Notes under the pieces: generated by a model
What the model saw: only the letters and a program-made list of their open reading frames with translations
What the model was told of the DNA's origin: nothing
Database searches by the model: none
Shown: positions 18,704 through 29,653 of the stretch, in pieces
How the letters are laid out: each line of letters opens with the position of its first letter
Numbering within the stretch: position 1 is the first letter of the stretch
Assembly: GCA_963792585.1 (NCBI GenBank)
Contig: CAWBWI010000001.1
Location: forward strand, 768,001 to 832,000
Length of the DNA stretch: 64,000 nucleotides
Direction of reading: 5' to 3'
From: Candidatus Eiseniibacteriota bacterium
GTDB taxonomy: Bacteria > Eisenbacteria > RBG-16-71-46 > CAIMUX01 > VGJL01
Position numbers and translations under genes: made by a program

Positions 18704-21393
18704 ATGCGACATTTGCCATTCCGGCATGTCTCCATCGTTTGCTGCCCTTCTTCGTGGCGGCCGCCTGCTTTGGGGTCCCTCGGCCCTCCCTTGCCTCGAT
18801 CCAGGAGCCCGTCTGGGGTTACCTGGACAATGGAATGGCCTATGTCCTCCTCGAGTCCCACGCCGCGCCCCTGATCGGCAGTTCCGTCATCGTCCACTCC
18901 GGTTCGGCCCGCGAGGACATGGCGACCAGCGGCGCGAGCCACTTCCTCGAGCACCTGCTCTTCAACGGGACGACGACGCGCACCCAGGAGCAGCTATACG
19001 ACGAAGTGGACGCGATCGGCGGGTACAACAACGCGACCACGCGAAAGACACACGTCGCATACATGATGGTGACCCCGGCCGAGAAGATCCGCACCGGCAT
19101 GGAGATCCAGGCCGACATGCTCTTCCACTCGACCATCGACCCGGCGAAAGTCGAGAAGGAACGCGGCATCATTCTCGCCGAAATGGCCAAGGACCAGGAC
19201 TCCGGGACCTTCGAGCAGGAACGCACCCTGGACCTCGCCGTCTTCGGCCCCGCGGGGCCCGGCCTGCCCACCCTCGGAAGCGTCCAATCGCTCAAGAGCA
19301 TCAGCCGCGCGACTATCTTTGACTTCTACAAGCGGCTCTACACGCCGCAAAACATGACCCTGGTCGTCGTTGGCGACTTCGCCTCAGGTGAGATGGAGGG
19401 TGAGATCCGGCAGGTCTTCGGCGCCGAACCTCCCGGGCCGACTCCCCCTGCCTCCTCGTATCCGGAGCCCCACTGGGATCCGAATCCGGCCCTGATCCCG
19501 ACCTCCGGCGACGCACTCGTCCTCGAGGGGACCTGGCGGGCCCCGAATCCCACGGAGCCGGCCTTCCTCGCCACGCAGTGCGTGAACGACCTGCTCACAG
19601 GCGATGAGTCCGCCCCCTTGAACAAGGCGCTGCGCGATCGATTCGGCGGACAAGATCCGGTCCGCGGGCGGCCGCCTCGACTTGGTGCCCGGGTGAGGCC
19701 TTCTTCCGCTACCGAATCGAGGCCGACCCTACCCTCGATTGGCGCGAGCTGCACGCAGGGACTCCCGGGGATCATTCACGCGGTCCGGGTAGCCCCCCGA
19801 CCCGCCGACGTCGAAGCATGGAAGGTCTCGACGCGAAACGCAGGAGTACTACCTCCGGGAGCGTCCCCACTACTACGCGATCATGGCCGGTGAGGGCATT
19901 GCGTCGCAGGGCGTCGAATCGATGCTCGGACTCCCCCGCCGCCTGTCCGCTCTCACATCGGCGGACATTCTGGCCGCGACCGAAAGGTGGATGCAGGGCC
20001 CGAGTCGAACGGTGGTCCTCTTACCGCAGGCGGGCGCCGCGGCGCCGGAGGTCGCGGAACAGGCCCGTCGCAAAGAGCCTCCGCCGCACACCTCCCGAAC
20101 GGACTCGATCTCCTCGTCCTATCGAGTCCGGAGAGCCCCGTCCTCGCACTGCACCTCTTCGTGCAGGGCCGGTCCCAGATCGAGCCGGTCGGGCTCGACG
20201 GCGCGTCGAACTGCCTCCAGCGGCTTCTCCCGGTGCGCACGGCCCGTCGGATCCGGCGACGCTCACGCGGCGGCTTCGCGCCATCGGCGCTGAGTTGAAG
20301 ACCGCCGATGATCCGAACATCCCCTATGACGACTTCTACTCGACGAGCTCCTTCAGCTTCGTTCGCTTGCAGACTCTGGATCGATACGCGCCCGACGCCT
20401 TCGGCCTCCTCCAGGAGATGCTCACCCGGCACGGGCTGGACGGATGCCGATTTCGCCGAGACGCAGAAGGCGATGCTCGCCTCCGCGGAACGAGCAGCGG
20501 CAGGCTCCAGTGCGACCGCGCGCGGCATGGTCCGCGAGACGCTCTATCCCGGCCTGCCCCGCGCACGGGCGGTCTTCGGGACACCGGCCACGCTGAAGGC
20601 GCTCACGGCATCGGCCCTACGCGATCTCTCCGCCCGCTACTACATCGGCAAGCGAATGCTACTCGTCGTCGGCCACGAGCCTGCCCCCGGAGGAGATCGC
20701 CGCAATCGCGACGCGCACGGTGGGAGTCATCCCCGCCGGCGAGACTCCCCCGCCTGCCCCGGGCGCCCCGAACATCGAGGCGACCCTTCGTTCGAATCTC
20801 GCTGCGAGCGATCCCGCTCCCGGCGGAGTTCCCGGGCTTCGCCCTTCCCGATTCGTCGCTGCTGCGTGCCAAGAAAGTCGGTGCGCGGCAAGCGGCCATC
20901 ACCTGGGTCCGCTCCCTTGGGCGTGTTCCGGCCGACGCGATGCCCGATCTCGAGGTCTGGAATGCGGCCCTGTCGAGCAGGATCCAGTTCCAGCTTCGGG
21001 AGCGCGAAGGGCTCGCCTACTCGATCGGCTCGTCCGTGGAGCGACTCGACAACGGGACCCTCCTCTGGGTCGCTTCCGCCGGAACCGCCGTGGCCAGCGT
21101 CCCCCGGATTCTCGCAGGGTTTTCAGGAGGAGCTTCGGAGGGCATTGGCCCATGCGCCGGACAGCGTCGAGGTGAGCAAGCAGGGGATGCAGATCTACGG
21201 CCGCTCGCTCATGCGGCGCGCGACGCGCATGAACCGGGCCTATGCCGCAGGGCTCGCCGTCATCGACGGTCGGGATCCCGCCGGGATCGACGATGAGATC
21301 CGCGCGCCGATGAAGGTGACCTCGGATGCGATCGCCGGCACGATCCGTTCGCTGGGGAGTGCGGGGCCGGGGCTGGTGACGATCGTCTACTGA
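18704..21393 (+). CDS. M16 (pitrilysin/PqqL-like) zinc peptidase, exported; multiple frameshifts
   Basis: YLDNGM, GSARE..SGASHFLEHLLFNGT (HxxEH), NATT, EKERGIILAE, YTPQNMTLVVVGD; second half LPNGL and LREREGLAYSIGS; start uncertain. Confidence 0.85.
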
Positions 21394-21412
21394 TCGTTCC
21401 GACGAAATAACA

Positions 21413-21440
21413 GAGGGGAGAAGGTCACCCTTCTCCCCTC
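21413..21440. terminator. Hairpin between convergent genes
   Basis: GAGGGGAGAAGG-TCAC-CCTTCTCCCCTC perfect 12-bp stem. Confidence 0.7.
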
Positions 21441-21464
21441 GCGCGGTCGCCCGGATCCTTTGTA

Positions 21465-22142
21465 TCAGGAACCCAGATGGGCGCGCGTGATCTCGATTCC
21501 CTCGCGTGCGTCGCGGGCGCGAGGACTGTCGCTGAAGTCCTCGATCACCCTTTGGAAGGCGCTCCTCGCTTCCGTCCATTTTCCGGCATCCGCGTACGCG
21601 TACCCTGCGCTGACGAGGTCGTCCGCCCGTAGCGGCGATCCCTCGATCGCGGCGGCTTCGAGATAGGACTTGGCCGCCTGCTCATGCTGTCCCATCGAAT
21701 CGAGGACCGCGGCGAGACCCCGGACGCCGGAGGCCTTCAGGAGGCCGTCGTTTGGGGGCGAGGCGAGGAACTTCTCATAGAGGCTCTTGGCGTCGGCCGC
21801 GTTCCCCAGTTCCGCCTGGGCGTCGGCCGCGCGGAGCAGGCCGATCTTCCCATTCGTCGAGCCCTTCTGACCCTCATAGGCCTGCTTGAACTTCGCAAGG
21901 GCGTCCGTCAGGTTTCCCTGCTGATACTGGGCCTCGCCGTCCATGACGAGAACCGCGGCCCGTTGCTCGCCGCGCGCCCCCATCCGGCGGAAGACCTGGG
22001 ATCCCACGGCCGCCGCGATCGCCAGAAGCAGGACGATCAGGAGGATGAACCCCCGCTCGTCGATGAACTTCTTCACCTTGTTGAGCCCCTCGAGAACCGG
22101 ATCCTCGCGGAGTTCCTCTTTCGTCATCTTGCCTTCGGTCAA
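21465..22142 (-). CDS. Membrane-anchored TPR protein (YfgM-like)
   Basis: KEELRED N-terminus, single TM helix, TPR helices; TTG start after GAGGAGGG overlapping upstream TGA (alt ATG 22127). Confidence 0.75.
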   Translation of the reverse strand: MTEGKMTKEELREDPVLEGLNKVKKFIDERGFILLIVLLLAIAAAVGSQVFRRMGARGEQRAAVLVMDGEAQYQQGNLTDALAKFKQAYEGQKGSTNGKIGLLRAADAQAELGNAADAKSLYEKFLASPPNDGLLKASGVRGLAAVLDSMGQHEQAAKSYLEAAAIEGSPLRADDLVSAGYAYADAGKWTEARSAFQRVIEDFSDSPRARDAREGIEITRAHLGS

Positions 22143-23305
22143 CCCATTCCCTCCTCGCCGGAAACCACAAGCTTCGAAATTACCCTGCCGGGGCGCCCTC
22201 GGGTCAAGGGGGGTCCATCGGTTTCCCCGCCGCCGCGCACCTTCCAGGCCACCTTCCCCTCGCAATCGGCACAGACCCATCCCCCCTCCCCATCCGGCCG
22301 GGGAGCCTCGAGCGGGGTCAGACCGCAGGAGACGCAGAAGGCGGGAAGCAGGGTCCGGGTTGCTTCATCCCAGACCCTCACGGGGGCCGACTTCACGCTC
22401 GCCTTCGAGGTCCCCTTGGATGCCTTGGGGCCGACGAAGTGGTAGGCCTGGCGTGGGAACATCTGGACTCCGACGGCCACGAGACGCGCATTGACCTGGG
22501 GAGTCCAGAAGACGCCGGCCTCCTCGATCCGCCTCTTCCACTCCAGCTGCAGAAATCGGATCCTCTCCTCGCGTTCCTCGAGACGGGTGCTCCACCGCCG
22601 GCTCTGATTGCGCGCCTCCTCGATCAACTGCTCGTAGTAGCCGCGGATCGACTCCGTCTCCTCGTCGAGACGCTCCTTGCAGGATTGCTCGACCTTCTTG
22701 ATTCGGCGGCGCATCCGCCGTTCCAGCGCCCGCACTCCCGCATCCATGGCCCACTCGGGAATCGGGACGGCTGGAATCACCGCTCGGCCCTTTCGCGGCT
22801 CCATTTCGAGGCCGCCCCAGAGTTCCGTCAGGTCCGCCGTCTGCGCCCAGACGTCCAGGCTGCCGCTGTCGACGCTCACGACCTCCATCTCGTCCGCCGC
22901 CTCGATCGAGGGATAGGTGATCGTGAAGACGAAATGGTAGACGGCCTGGTAGACCGGCTCCGGCTTGGCGGCGGTCAGATCGCCGACGGGCGGGATCTTC
23001 TCGGCCGCGGGGGGCTTGACGCTGCCGCTCGGCGGTTTGACATAGCCGACACCGATCCGCCCTTCCTCGCGAGCGACGCCCAGGAGTCGATCGAAGACCG
23101 GATTGCCCACGACGGCGAGTTCCGCCCGAGGATGCTTTGCCATCGCCTTGCGGCTGAACGAGAAGATCAACTCGCTCTTGCCGAAACGCTCGCGCAGGTC
23201 TTTGGGGACGGTCAGCTGCCAGACGTCGGGCTCGAGAAGCTCCGGCTGCAGCCCGCGAGCGCCAAGCCACTCCCGCAGGAAGGTCTGGAGGGCGGCGGCT
23301 TTCAT
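22139..23305 (-). CDS. YqhG-like SNF2 partner protein with coiled coil and C-terminal CxxC..CxxC
   Basis: ATG 23305 overlaps SNF2 TGA (ATGA) with GGAGG RBS; AELAVVGNPVFDRLL; coiled coil RLDEE..IRGYYEQL; CVSC...CADC. Confidence 0.6.
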   Translation of the reverse strand: MKAAALQTFLREWLGARGLQPELLEPDVWQLTVPKDLRERFGKSELIFSFSRKAMAKHPRAELAVVGNPVFDRLLGVAREEGRIGVGYVKPPSGSVKPPAAEKIPPVGDLTAAKPEPVYQAVYHFVFTITYPSIEAADEMEVVSVDSGSLDVWAQTADLTELWGGLEMEPRKGRAVIPAVPIPEWAMDAGVRALERRMRRRIKKVEQSCKERLDEETESIRGYYEQLIEEARNQSRRWSTRLEEREERIRFLQLEWKRRIEEAGVFWTPQVNARLVAVGVQMFPRQAYHFVGPKASKGTSKASVKSAPVRVWDEATRTLLPAFCVSCGLTPLEAPRPDGEGGWVCADCEGKVAWKVRGGGETDGPPLTRGRPGRVISKLVVSGEEGMG

Positions 23306-25282
23306 GGGGTCGCCTCCGAGTGCGGGGAAAGTTCCTCGAAGAGCACGTGGTCGTACTCCTTGACCTTCTCGTACCGCTTGCGCGCGAGCAGCAAGATCCT
23401 CACCGAACTTCCCGAAGGCCTCTTCGAGATCACGCCGGTTGCGGTGGCTCGCCCAGATCTGGAAGACCCTCTGCTCGAAGCTCTCCCGCTCGCTCCACTG
23501 GCCGAGGACCATGTCCATTTCGCCGATGACCATCTCGAACATGTTGATCTTCCGGTGCAGGATCGAGAGAACGTAGTCCTCCACGGTGTCGCGCGCGGTG
23601 AAGTTGTGGATGCGGATGTCGCGCGTCTGCCCGAGCCGATGGATACGGCCGATTCGTTGCTCGATGCGCATCGGGTTCCACGGCAGGTCATAGTTGACCA
23701 CGGTGTTGCAGAACTGGAGGTTCCGCCCCTCTCCACCGGCCTCGGTGCTGATCAGGATTCGCGTCTTCCCGCGGAAGGCCTCCACTGCGGCGTCCTTTTC
23801 CTTCGTGGTGAGGGAACCGTGGAAGATCGCCGGGATCTCCCCGTGCTCGCGGATCCCCTCCTCGAGATACTCGAGCGTGCGCCGGAACTGCGTGAAGATC
23901 AGGATCTTCTCCTGGTCGCGATCGACGATCTTCAGCAGACCTTCGAGCTTGCGGCTGGTTTTCACGTCGCGCGCCATCTCGACGAGCCGGATCAGGCGCT
24001 TGGCCTGGCCTCCCTTGCGGAAGACGCGCAGGGAACGCTCGAGCGTCTTCTGTGCCGCGTAGTGGCTGCTCCCCATCTCCTTCTGCAGAACCAGGAGAAG
24101 GAAATGCCAGCGCGAGTACTCCTCCGGCTCGCTCTCGGCGACGACGTCGTGGACGAAGGCCGAAACGCCGTCGTAGAGCCGCCTTTCCTCCGGGCTCAAG
24201 TCGAACGTCTCGATGTTCACCTCGCGCTGCGGGAACTTCAAAGAAGTCGAACTTCGCGTGGTGCGGATCATCACCTCGCTGAGCATGTTCGAGAGCTTCC
24301 GCGTGTTCTTGGGCAGGCGCTTGTCGCCGCGGACCATGAACTCCTTGCGGAACGCGCGGTAGGTGCCGAGCACCCCGGGCTTGAGCAGCGTGACCAGGTT
24401 GTAGAGCTCCCGCATGTCGTTCTGCACCGGCGTGGCGGTGAGCAGCAGCAGGTATTTCAGCGAGAGCGCATCCACGAACTTCCATCCTTGCGTGAGGTGG
24501 TTGCGAAGTCGATGCGCTTCGTCGACGACCAGGATGTCGAAGTCCTGCTTTCCGATCTCCTCCCGGTTCCGTTCCGTCTTGGCCGTATCGAGAGAGGCGA
24601 TCATCAGCGGATGGGCGCCCCAGTCCTCCCCGCGCGCGCGAATCGCGAACGGCAGGTCGAACTTGTGCGTCAGTTCCTCGCGCCACTGTGTGAGGAGGGA
24701 CACGGGGGCGAGCACCAAGGCGCGCCGGACGAGCCCGCGCAGGACATACTCCTTGAGGATCAGACCCGCCTCGATGGTCTTTCCGAGTCCGACCTCGTCG
24801 GCCAGAAGGGCGCGCCCGCGCATCTGGCGAAGCACTCTGAGGACTGCGCGAATCTGGAAGTCGTAACGCTCCAGGTCGCGGACCCCGTTCAGGCAAAGAA
24901 GGCTCTCGAATCCGCGGGTCAGGGCGAGTCGTTCCGCGTTGAGGTGCAGCAGGAATCCGGCCGATCCGTTGCGCGGCGGGTGCTCGATGCTGCGGAAGAG
25001 CGTGAGGGAATCGGCGTCGACCGAGAGAGCGCCCTTCTCCTCCGCAACGACGAGGTGGAGGTCCGGCGCGGCGCCCGCCGTGTCGCCCGTTGGCTCCGTA
25101 GGGACGACGTCGGGTGCTTTCACCCCGACGCGCGGGTGATTCGAGTTCAGTCGGCGCACGCCGTCCGCGAAGGCCACCTCGAGAATGTCGAAGAAGGCTC
25201 TCGGCTTAACGCCGACCACCATCCCCTCGCCGTAGTCGGCGTGGTAGATCGTGTCCCCCACGGCAAACCTTCGCACCGACAC
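23302..25282 (-). CDS. SNF2-family ATPase (YqhH/RapA-like) with N-terminal Tudor-like domain; one frameshift near 23393
   Basis: ALLADEVGLGKTIEAG, VDEAH, LLLTATPVQN, IFTQFRRT, STEAGGEGRNLQ, NYDLPWNPMRIEQRIGRIHR. Confidence 0.9.
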
Positions 25283-25293
25283 GTGACTCCTCC

Positions 25294-25965
25294 CTAGATT
25301 ACATAAAAGTGGACCCCCAGCGCGGGCTGGAGCGCCACATTCGTCGCATTGCTGCCCTTCATGGCGAACGCACGGCCGCTAAGATCGACGCTGAACGACC
25401 GCGTGACGAAGTACTCTACACCAACGGCGCCCCCGTAAAGGAGTCGATACTCCTTTGTCTGGATGTCGCTCTTCTTGAACCGCAGTTCCTGCTGTTGGAT
25501 CCCCACAAAGGGCGCTACATAATAGCTCACCTGCAGACGCCTGCGAAAGTAGAGATAATAGTCCGCGTGCACCGTCGTGAATTTCAGCCAGCCGGGCAAA
25601 GACTGGCGTTGGGGCCCGTTGTATCCGGTCTTCCGCTGGTAGCGGATGTCGTCGAAACCGAACCCCAGCGCGTGGCTTCGGTCCAAGACGAAGCGAACCC
25701 CGAAGTGGAGCGACGGTCCAGAGGAGTTGAAGACGTCGGTCATCTTGAACTCGGCGGGCCCGGCCGTCCCATCTCCAAACGGCCAGTCCAGGACACGGAA
25801 CCGCTCTCCCGACAGCAACCTGCCGTAACCGAACTGCCCGCCGAAGCTCGGCGTGCTGGTCCGGTGCTCGTATGCATGGGCGGGCGCTGAAAACAGGAGC
25901 GTCCCCAGGACGAGAGCGGAGACCGCGCGCAGCCTCGGATGATCACCCTTCGGGATCGAGATCAT
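25294..25965 (-). CDS. Putative small outer-membrane beta-barrel protein
   Basis: Signal peptide ending AHA; alternating aromatic/Gly strands (YYVAPFVG, GGAVGVEYF); C-terminal LGVHFYVI. Confidence 0.6.
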   Translation of the reverse strand: MISIPKGDHPRLRAVSALVLGTLLFSAPAHAYEHRTSTPSFGGQFGYGRLLSGERFRVLDWPFGDGTAGPAEFKMTDVFNSSGPSLHFGVRFVLDRSHALGFGFDDIRYQRKTGYNGPQRQSLPGWLKFTTVHADYYLYFRRRLQVSYYVAPFVGIQQQELRFKKSDIQTKEYRLLYGGAVGVEYFVTRSFSVDLSGRAFAMKGSNATNVALQPALGVHFYVI

Positions 25966-25973
25966 GGCACCTC

Positions 25974-26885
25974 CTAAATGCTTCCCCCACCCCGAGGGTG
26001 AAAGCGACGGTGGACTTTGCGCAATGTGGCCTGATCGACCGCCGTGTATATCTCCGTCGTCGTCAGCGACCGATGGCCGAGGAGTTCCTGCACGATCCGC
26101 AGCGAGGCTCCCTCCTCAAGCATATGCGTCGCGAAGGTGTGACGCAGCAAATGCGGATGGAGACGGGACGGATCGAGCCCCGCGGCCGCCCCCCTCTTGC
26201 GGAGAATCCGGAAGAATCCCATTCGGGAGAGGGCCCCTCCCCGCCGGTTGACGAAGAGGCGCGAACTCCTGCCGTCCGCGGACAACAGGGGCCGCCCGCG
26301 CGCGAGGTAGGATCGAACGGCGTCGCATGCCGGCCGCCCCAAGGGCACGATCCTCTCCCGATCTCCCTTGCCCCGAACCCGGATCCATCGGTTCTCGAGA
26401 TCGATCTGTTCCGCGCCCAAACCGACGAGTTCCGAGGCGCGCAATCCCGCCCCATAGGCGACCTCGAGAAGGGCCCGATCCCGAAGGTCGAGCGGCCCTT
26501 CTCCGATGGTGGCCGACAGGATCCTGTCCACGTCTTCACGCCCCAGGCTGTGCGGAAGGCTGCGCGCCGAACGGGGCCCCTCCAGCTCGCGAGAGGGATC
26601 GGACCCGATCCACCCCTCCCGCATCATGTGGCGGTAGAAACCCCGGAGCGTGGAGCGATAGCGCTGTAGGCTGCGGCGCGCCCTGCCGGCTCGATGCAGG
26701 CGCTCCATGTCGGCCCGCAGGAGATCAGTGTCCACCGCACCGAAGTCCGCCACGGAGCGGGCCTGGAGAAAGGCGATGTGCTGGATCAGGTCGCTTCGGT
26801 AGGAGGTCACGCTTCGCTGCGAGAGGCGTCGCTCGAGGCGAAGGTGGTCGAGATAGGCATCGACCATCTCTTCCCCGCCCTTCAC
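25974..26885 (-). CDS. xerD: Tyrosine recombinase XerD/XerC
   Basis: ERRLSQRSVTSYRSDL, RDRALLEVAYGAGLRASEL, GKGDRERIVP, HLLRHTFATH, QELLGH, TTEIYT; alt start 26867. Confidence 0.85.
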   Translation of the reverse strand: MKGGEEMVDAYLDHLRLERRLSQRSVTSYRSDLIQHIAFLQARSVADFGAVDTDLLRADMERLHRAGRARRSLQRYRSTLRGFYRHMMREGWIGSDPSRELEGPRSARSLPHSLGREDVDRILSATIGEGPLDLRDRALLEVAYGAGLRASELVGLGAEQIDLENRWIRVRGKGDRERIVPLGRPACDAVRSYLARGRPLLSADGRSSRLFVNRRGGALSRMGFFRILRKRGAAAGLDPSRLHPHLLRHTFATHMLEEGASLRIVQELLGHRSLTTTEIYTAVDQATLRKVHRRFHPRGGGSI

Positions 26886-28732
26886 GCCTGCGCCTCACCG
26901 GCCGGACCTGCGCCCGTCCAGCCGCGGTCGAGCGCCTCCCGCAGGGCTCGGGCGCGGATCGGACCGATCCCCGGCACGCGGGCGATCGTCTCCACCGACG
27001 CGCGGCGCATCGCCTCGAGGCTACCGAAGTGGCGCAGGAGTTGCGCGCGACGCCTCGGCCCGATCCCGGGAAGGGGGTCGAGGGCGGATCGCGTCTGGCC
27101 CTTGCTCCGGAGCGTGCGGTGGTAGGCGACGGCGAAACGATGGGCCTCGTCGCGTACCCGCTGGAGCAGGCGCAGCCCCGCCGAGCTTCGGGGCAGCCGT
27201 ACCGGTGTCTTCACCCCCGGAAGGACGACAAGCTCCTCCCGCTTCGCGAGGCCGAGGATCGGGATCGCCGTCCAGCCCTCCTCCTCGAGCACGTCGCGGG
27301 CGCGACCCACCTGTCCCTTCCCTCCATCGATCAGGATCAGGTCGGGCGGCGTTTCCCCTTCCTCCCTGAGACGACGCAGGCGACGCCGCAGGACCTCGCC
27401 GATCATGGCGAAGTCGTCGGGGCCCTGCACTTGCCGGATCCGATAGCGCCGGTAGCCGCTCTTCAGCGGGCTCCCATCCTGGAAACAGACGCGCGAGGCA
27501 ACGGCGTGGGTCTCCTGCAAATTCGAGATGTCGTAGCCCTCGATGCGGTACGGCGTCGCCGCCAGCTCCAGCCGCTCCTGGAGATCGTAGATTCCTGCGT
27601 CGACATGACCACGCCGATTGCGCTCCCTGAGTTCCTCCTCCTCGAGCCGCATGTGGGCGTTGTCCCGGGCCGCCTCGTGGAGGCGGCCGAGGACGCCTCC
27701 GCGCGCGACGCGGATGCGCACGGGCTTGCCGGCGCGCTCGGTGAGTCCGTCCTGCAGAAGCTCGACCTCGCGCGGCGTCTCCCCCGTCACGATCTCGGGC
27801 GGCACCTGGGGCGACTCCAGATAGACCCGCGCGATCACGGTTCGCAGGATTTCCGCGACGGGGGTCTCTTCGGCGCGCGACATCATCCGCGTTTCCTTGC
27901 CGAGCACCTTCCCGTCCCGGACGTGGAGGGTCGCGCAGCACGCGGTTCCGCCCCTGGCGACAACGCCGATCACGTCGGTGTCCGCCGCAAGGGAAGGAGT
28001 CATTCGCTGCTGCTGGGCGATTCGCTCGAGCGTCTCGATGTCATCCCGAAGGCGTGCTGATTCCTCGAATCGAAGCTCCGCCGCCGCGGCGAGCATCTGC
28101 GAGCGCAGCTCTTCGACCACCGATGCGACGCCGCCCTCCAGGAATCGAACGAGGCGGCCGACGGTGGCGGCATAGGCGTCCCGCTCGATCCGCTTCGTGC
28201 AGGGGGCGGGACAACGCTCGATGAAGAACTCGAGGCACTCCCGTTCCTCGCGGTCCACCCGCCGGTCCGTGCAGTTGCGCAGCGGGAAAACCTTTCGCAG
28301 GGTCTTCAGCGTCTGGCGGAGGTCCTTCACGTGCGTGTAGGGGCCGAAATAGCGCGACCCGTCCGCGACGATCTTGCGCGTGAGGAAGAGCCCCGGAAAA
28401 CGATGGTAGAGCGAGACCTTTAGATACGGGTAGCGCTTGTCGTCCTTCAACTCGATGTTGAATGCTGGACGGTGGCGCTTGATCAGGTTCGCCTCGAGGA
28501 TGAGCGCCTCGTTCTCGTTGGCGGTGACGATGGTGTCGAGATCGACGATCCGCTCCACCAGCAGGTCCAGCCTCGCGTCCATCCCCGGTTTCCGGCGGAA
28601 GTAGCTGCGGACCCGCAGGTGGAGGCGCTTTGCCTTGCCCACGTAGAGAATTTCGTCGCCCCTGTCCCGGAAGAGGTAGACCCCGCTACGGTCCGGCAGC
28701 AGGCGGAGCTTGGCCTCGAGTCGTTCGTTCAT
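26882..28732 (-). CDS. uvrC: Excinuclease ABC subunit C
   Basis: GIY-YIG (GVYLF, YVGKAK), UVR coil, RIEGYDISN, DDFAM, LIDGGKGQ, RDEAHRFA, HhH. Confidence 0.97.
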   Translation of the reverse strand: MNERLEAKLRLLPDRSGVYLFRDRGDEILYVGKAKRLHLRVRSYFRRKPGMDARLDLLVERIVDLDTIVTANENEALILEANLIKRHRPAFNIELKDDKRYPYLKVSLYHRFPGLFLTRKIVADGSRYFGPYTHVKDLRQTLKTLRKVFPLRNCTDRRVDREERECLEFFIERCPAPCTKRIERDAYAATVGRLVRFLEGGVASVVEELRSQMLAAAAELRFEESARLRDDIETLERIAQQQRMTPSLAADTDVIGVVARGGTACCATLHVRDGKVLGKETRMMSRAEETPVAEILRTVIARVYLESPQVPPEIVTGETPREVELLQDGLTERAGKPVRIRVARGGVLGRLHEAARDNAHMRLEEEELRERNRRGHVDAGIYDLQERLELAATPYRIEGYDISNLQETHAVASRVCFQDGSPLKSGYRRYRIRQVQGPDDFAMIGEVLRRRLRRLREEGETPPDLILIDGGKGQVGRARDVLEEEGWTAIPILGLAKREELVVLPGVKTPVRLPRSSAGLRLLQRVRDEAHRFAVAYHRTLRSKGQTRSALDPLPGIGPRRRAQLLRHFGSLEAMRRASVETIARVPGIGPIRARALREALDRGWTGAGPAGEAQA

Positions 28733-28777
28733 CTTCGGGAGAGCGTATCACGAGGGTTCCGTCGGCGCCTCCCCGGC

Positions 28778-28817
28778 GGAAAAGCGGATGGGGAGCCGTT
28801 GAGACCGGCTCCCCGTC
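28778..28817 (-). terminator. Intrinsic terminator after tRNA-Arg
   Basis: Minus strand GACGGGGAGCCG..CGGCTCCCCATC then CGCTTTT. Confidence 0.65.
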
Positions 28818-28819
28818 TT

Positions 28820-28893
<74 letters not shown>

Positions 28894-28938
28894 TCGACGA
28901 TCGCAATTGCTACCGATACCAGTCGCAGCCGAAAGGGG

Positions 28939-29490
28939 TCAAGGGGCCCCTTCCGAGGGAGCATATCGAACCAGCGACTCGACGGGCGCATCGGTCAAGC
29001 GCCCGCGGCCGCCGAGGGCGTCGATCTCCGCGAGAAAGAGATATCCGGCGACGTCTCCTCCGGCCCTGCGCACGAGGCGCCCCGTCGCCGCCGCGGTACC
29101 CCCCGTGGCGAGCACGTCGTCGACGATCCAGGCGACCGCCCCGCGCGGAATCGCGTCCGCATGCATCTCGAGCGTTCCCTCGCCATACTCGAGGGCATAG
29201 CGCTCGGAAATCGTCTCGAACGGCAACTTCCCGGGTTTGCGCACGAGGACCATCGGCAGGCCCCGGCGCAGAGCAATCCCCGCTCCCAGGACGAATCCGC
29301 GCGCCTCGACCGCCACGACATGCGTCGCGGTCGCGCCCGCCGGCGAGTCGGCCATCGCCGCGATCGTTTCCCCGAAGAGCTCGGGTCTCAAGAGCAGCGT
29401 GCTCACGTCCCGGAACAGGACCCCCGGCTGCGGGAAATCGGGGATGTTGCGGATCGCGCTGCGGACCCGGGCGGAAAGATCATTGTTCAT
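28939..29490 (-). CDS. apt: Adenine phosphoribosyltransferase
   Basis: IPDFPQPGVLFRD, EARGF, RKPGKLP, YALEYG, VDDVLATGGT. Confidence 0.96.
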   Translation of the reverse strand: MNNDLSARVRSAIRNIPDFPQPGVLFRDVSTLLLRPELFGETIAAMADSPAGATATHVVAVEARGFVLGAGIALRRGLPMVLVRKPGKLPFETISERYALEYGEGTLEMHADAIPRGAVAWIVDDVLATGGTAAATGRLVRRAGGDVAGYLFLAEIDALGGRGRLTDAPVESLVRYAPSEGAP

Positions 29491-29518
29491 GGGGATCCTC
29501 GTTTGCGGGGGGGAAGAA

Positions 29519-29594
<76 letters not shown>

Positions 29595-29653
29595 ACCCGA
29601 CCGAAACTTCCTTGCGAAACCTATCACCCGACCCGCTATCTGACAAGCACCTT

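Noticed and set aside
22139..25282. 1047-aa SNF2 fusion protein from the ORF track
   Set aside because: Another frame gives a natural SNF2 C-terminus ending in an ATGA overlap with an SD-preceded second gene; best explained by a one-base error
22439..25297. Long antisense ORFs (also 3719-5578, 26327-28060, 36953-39619, 49823-51289)
   Set aside because: Shadow frames of GC-rich genes on the opposite strand with no recognisable motifs
25974..26885. Tyrosine recombinase as integrase of a mobile element
   Set aside because: About 300 aa with XerC/D signature, coupled to uvrC, no att repeats or cargo
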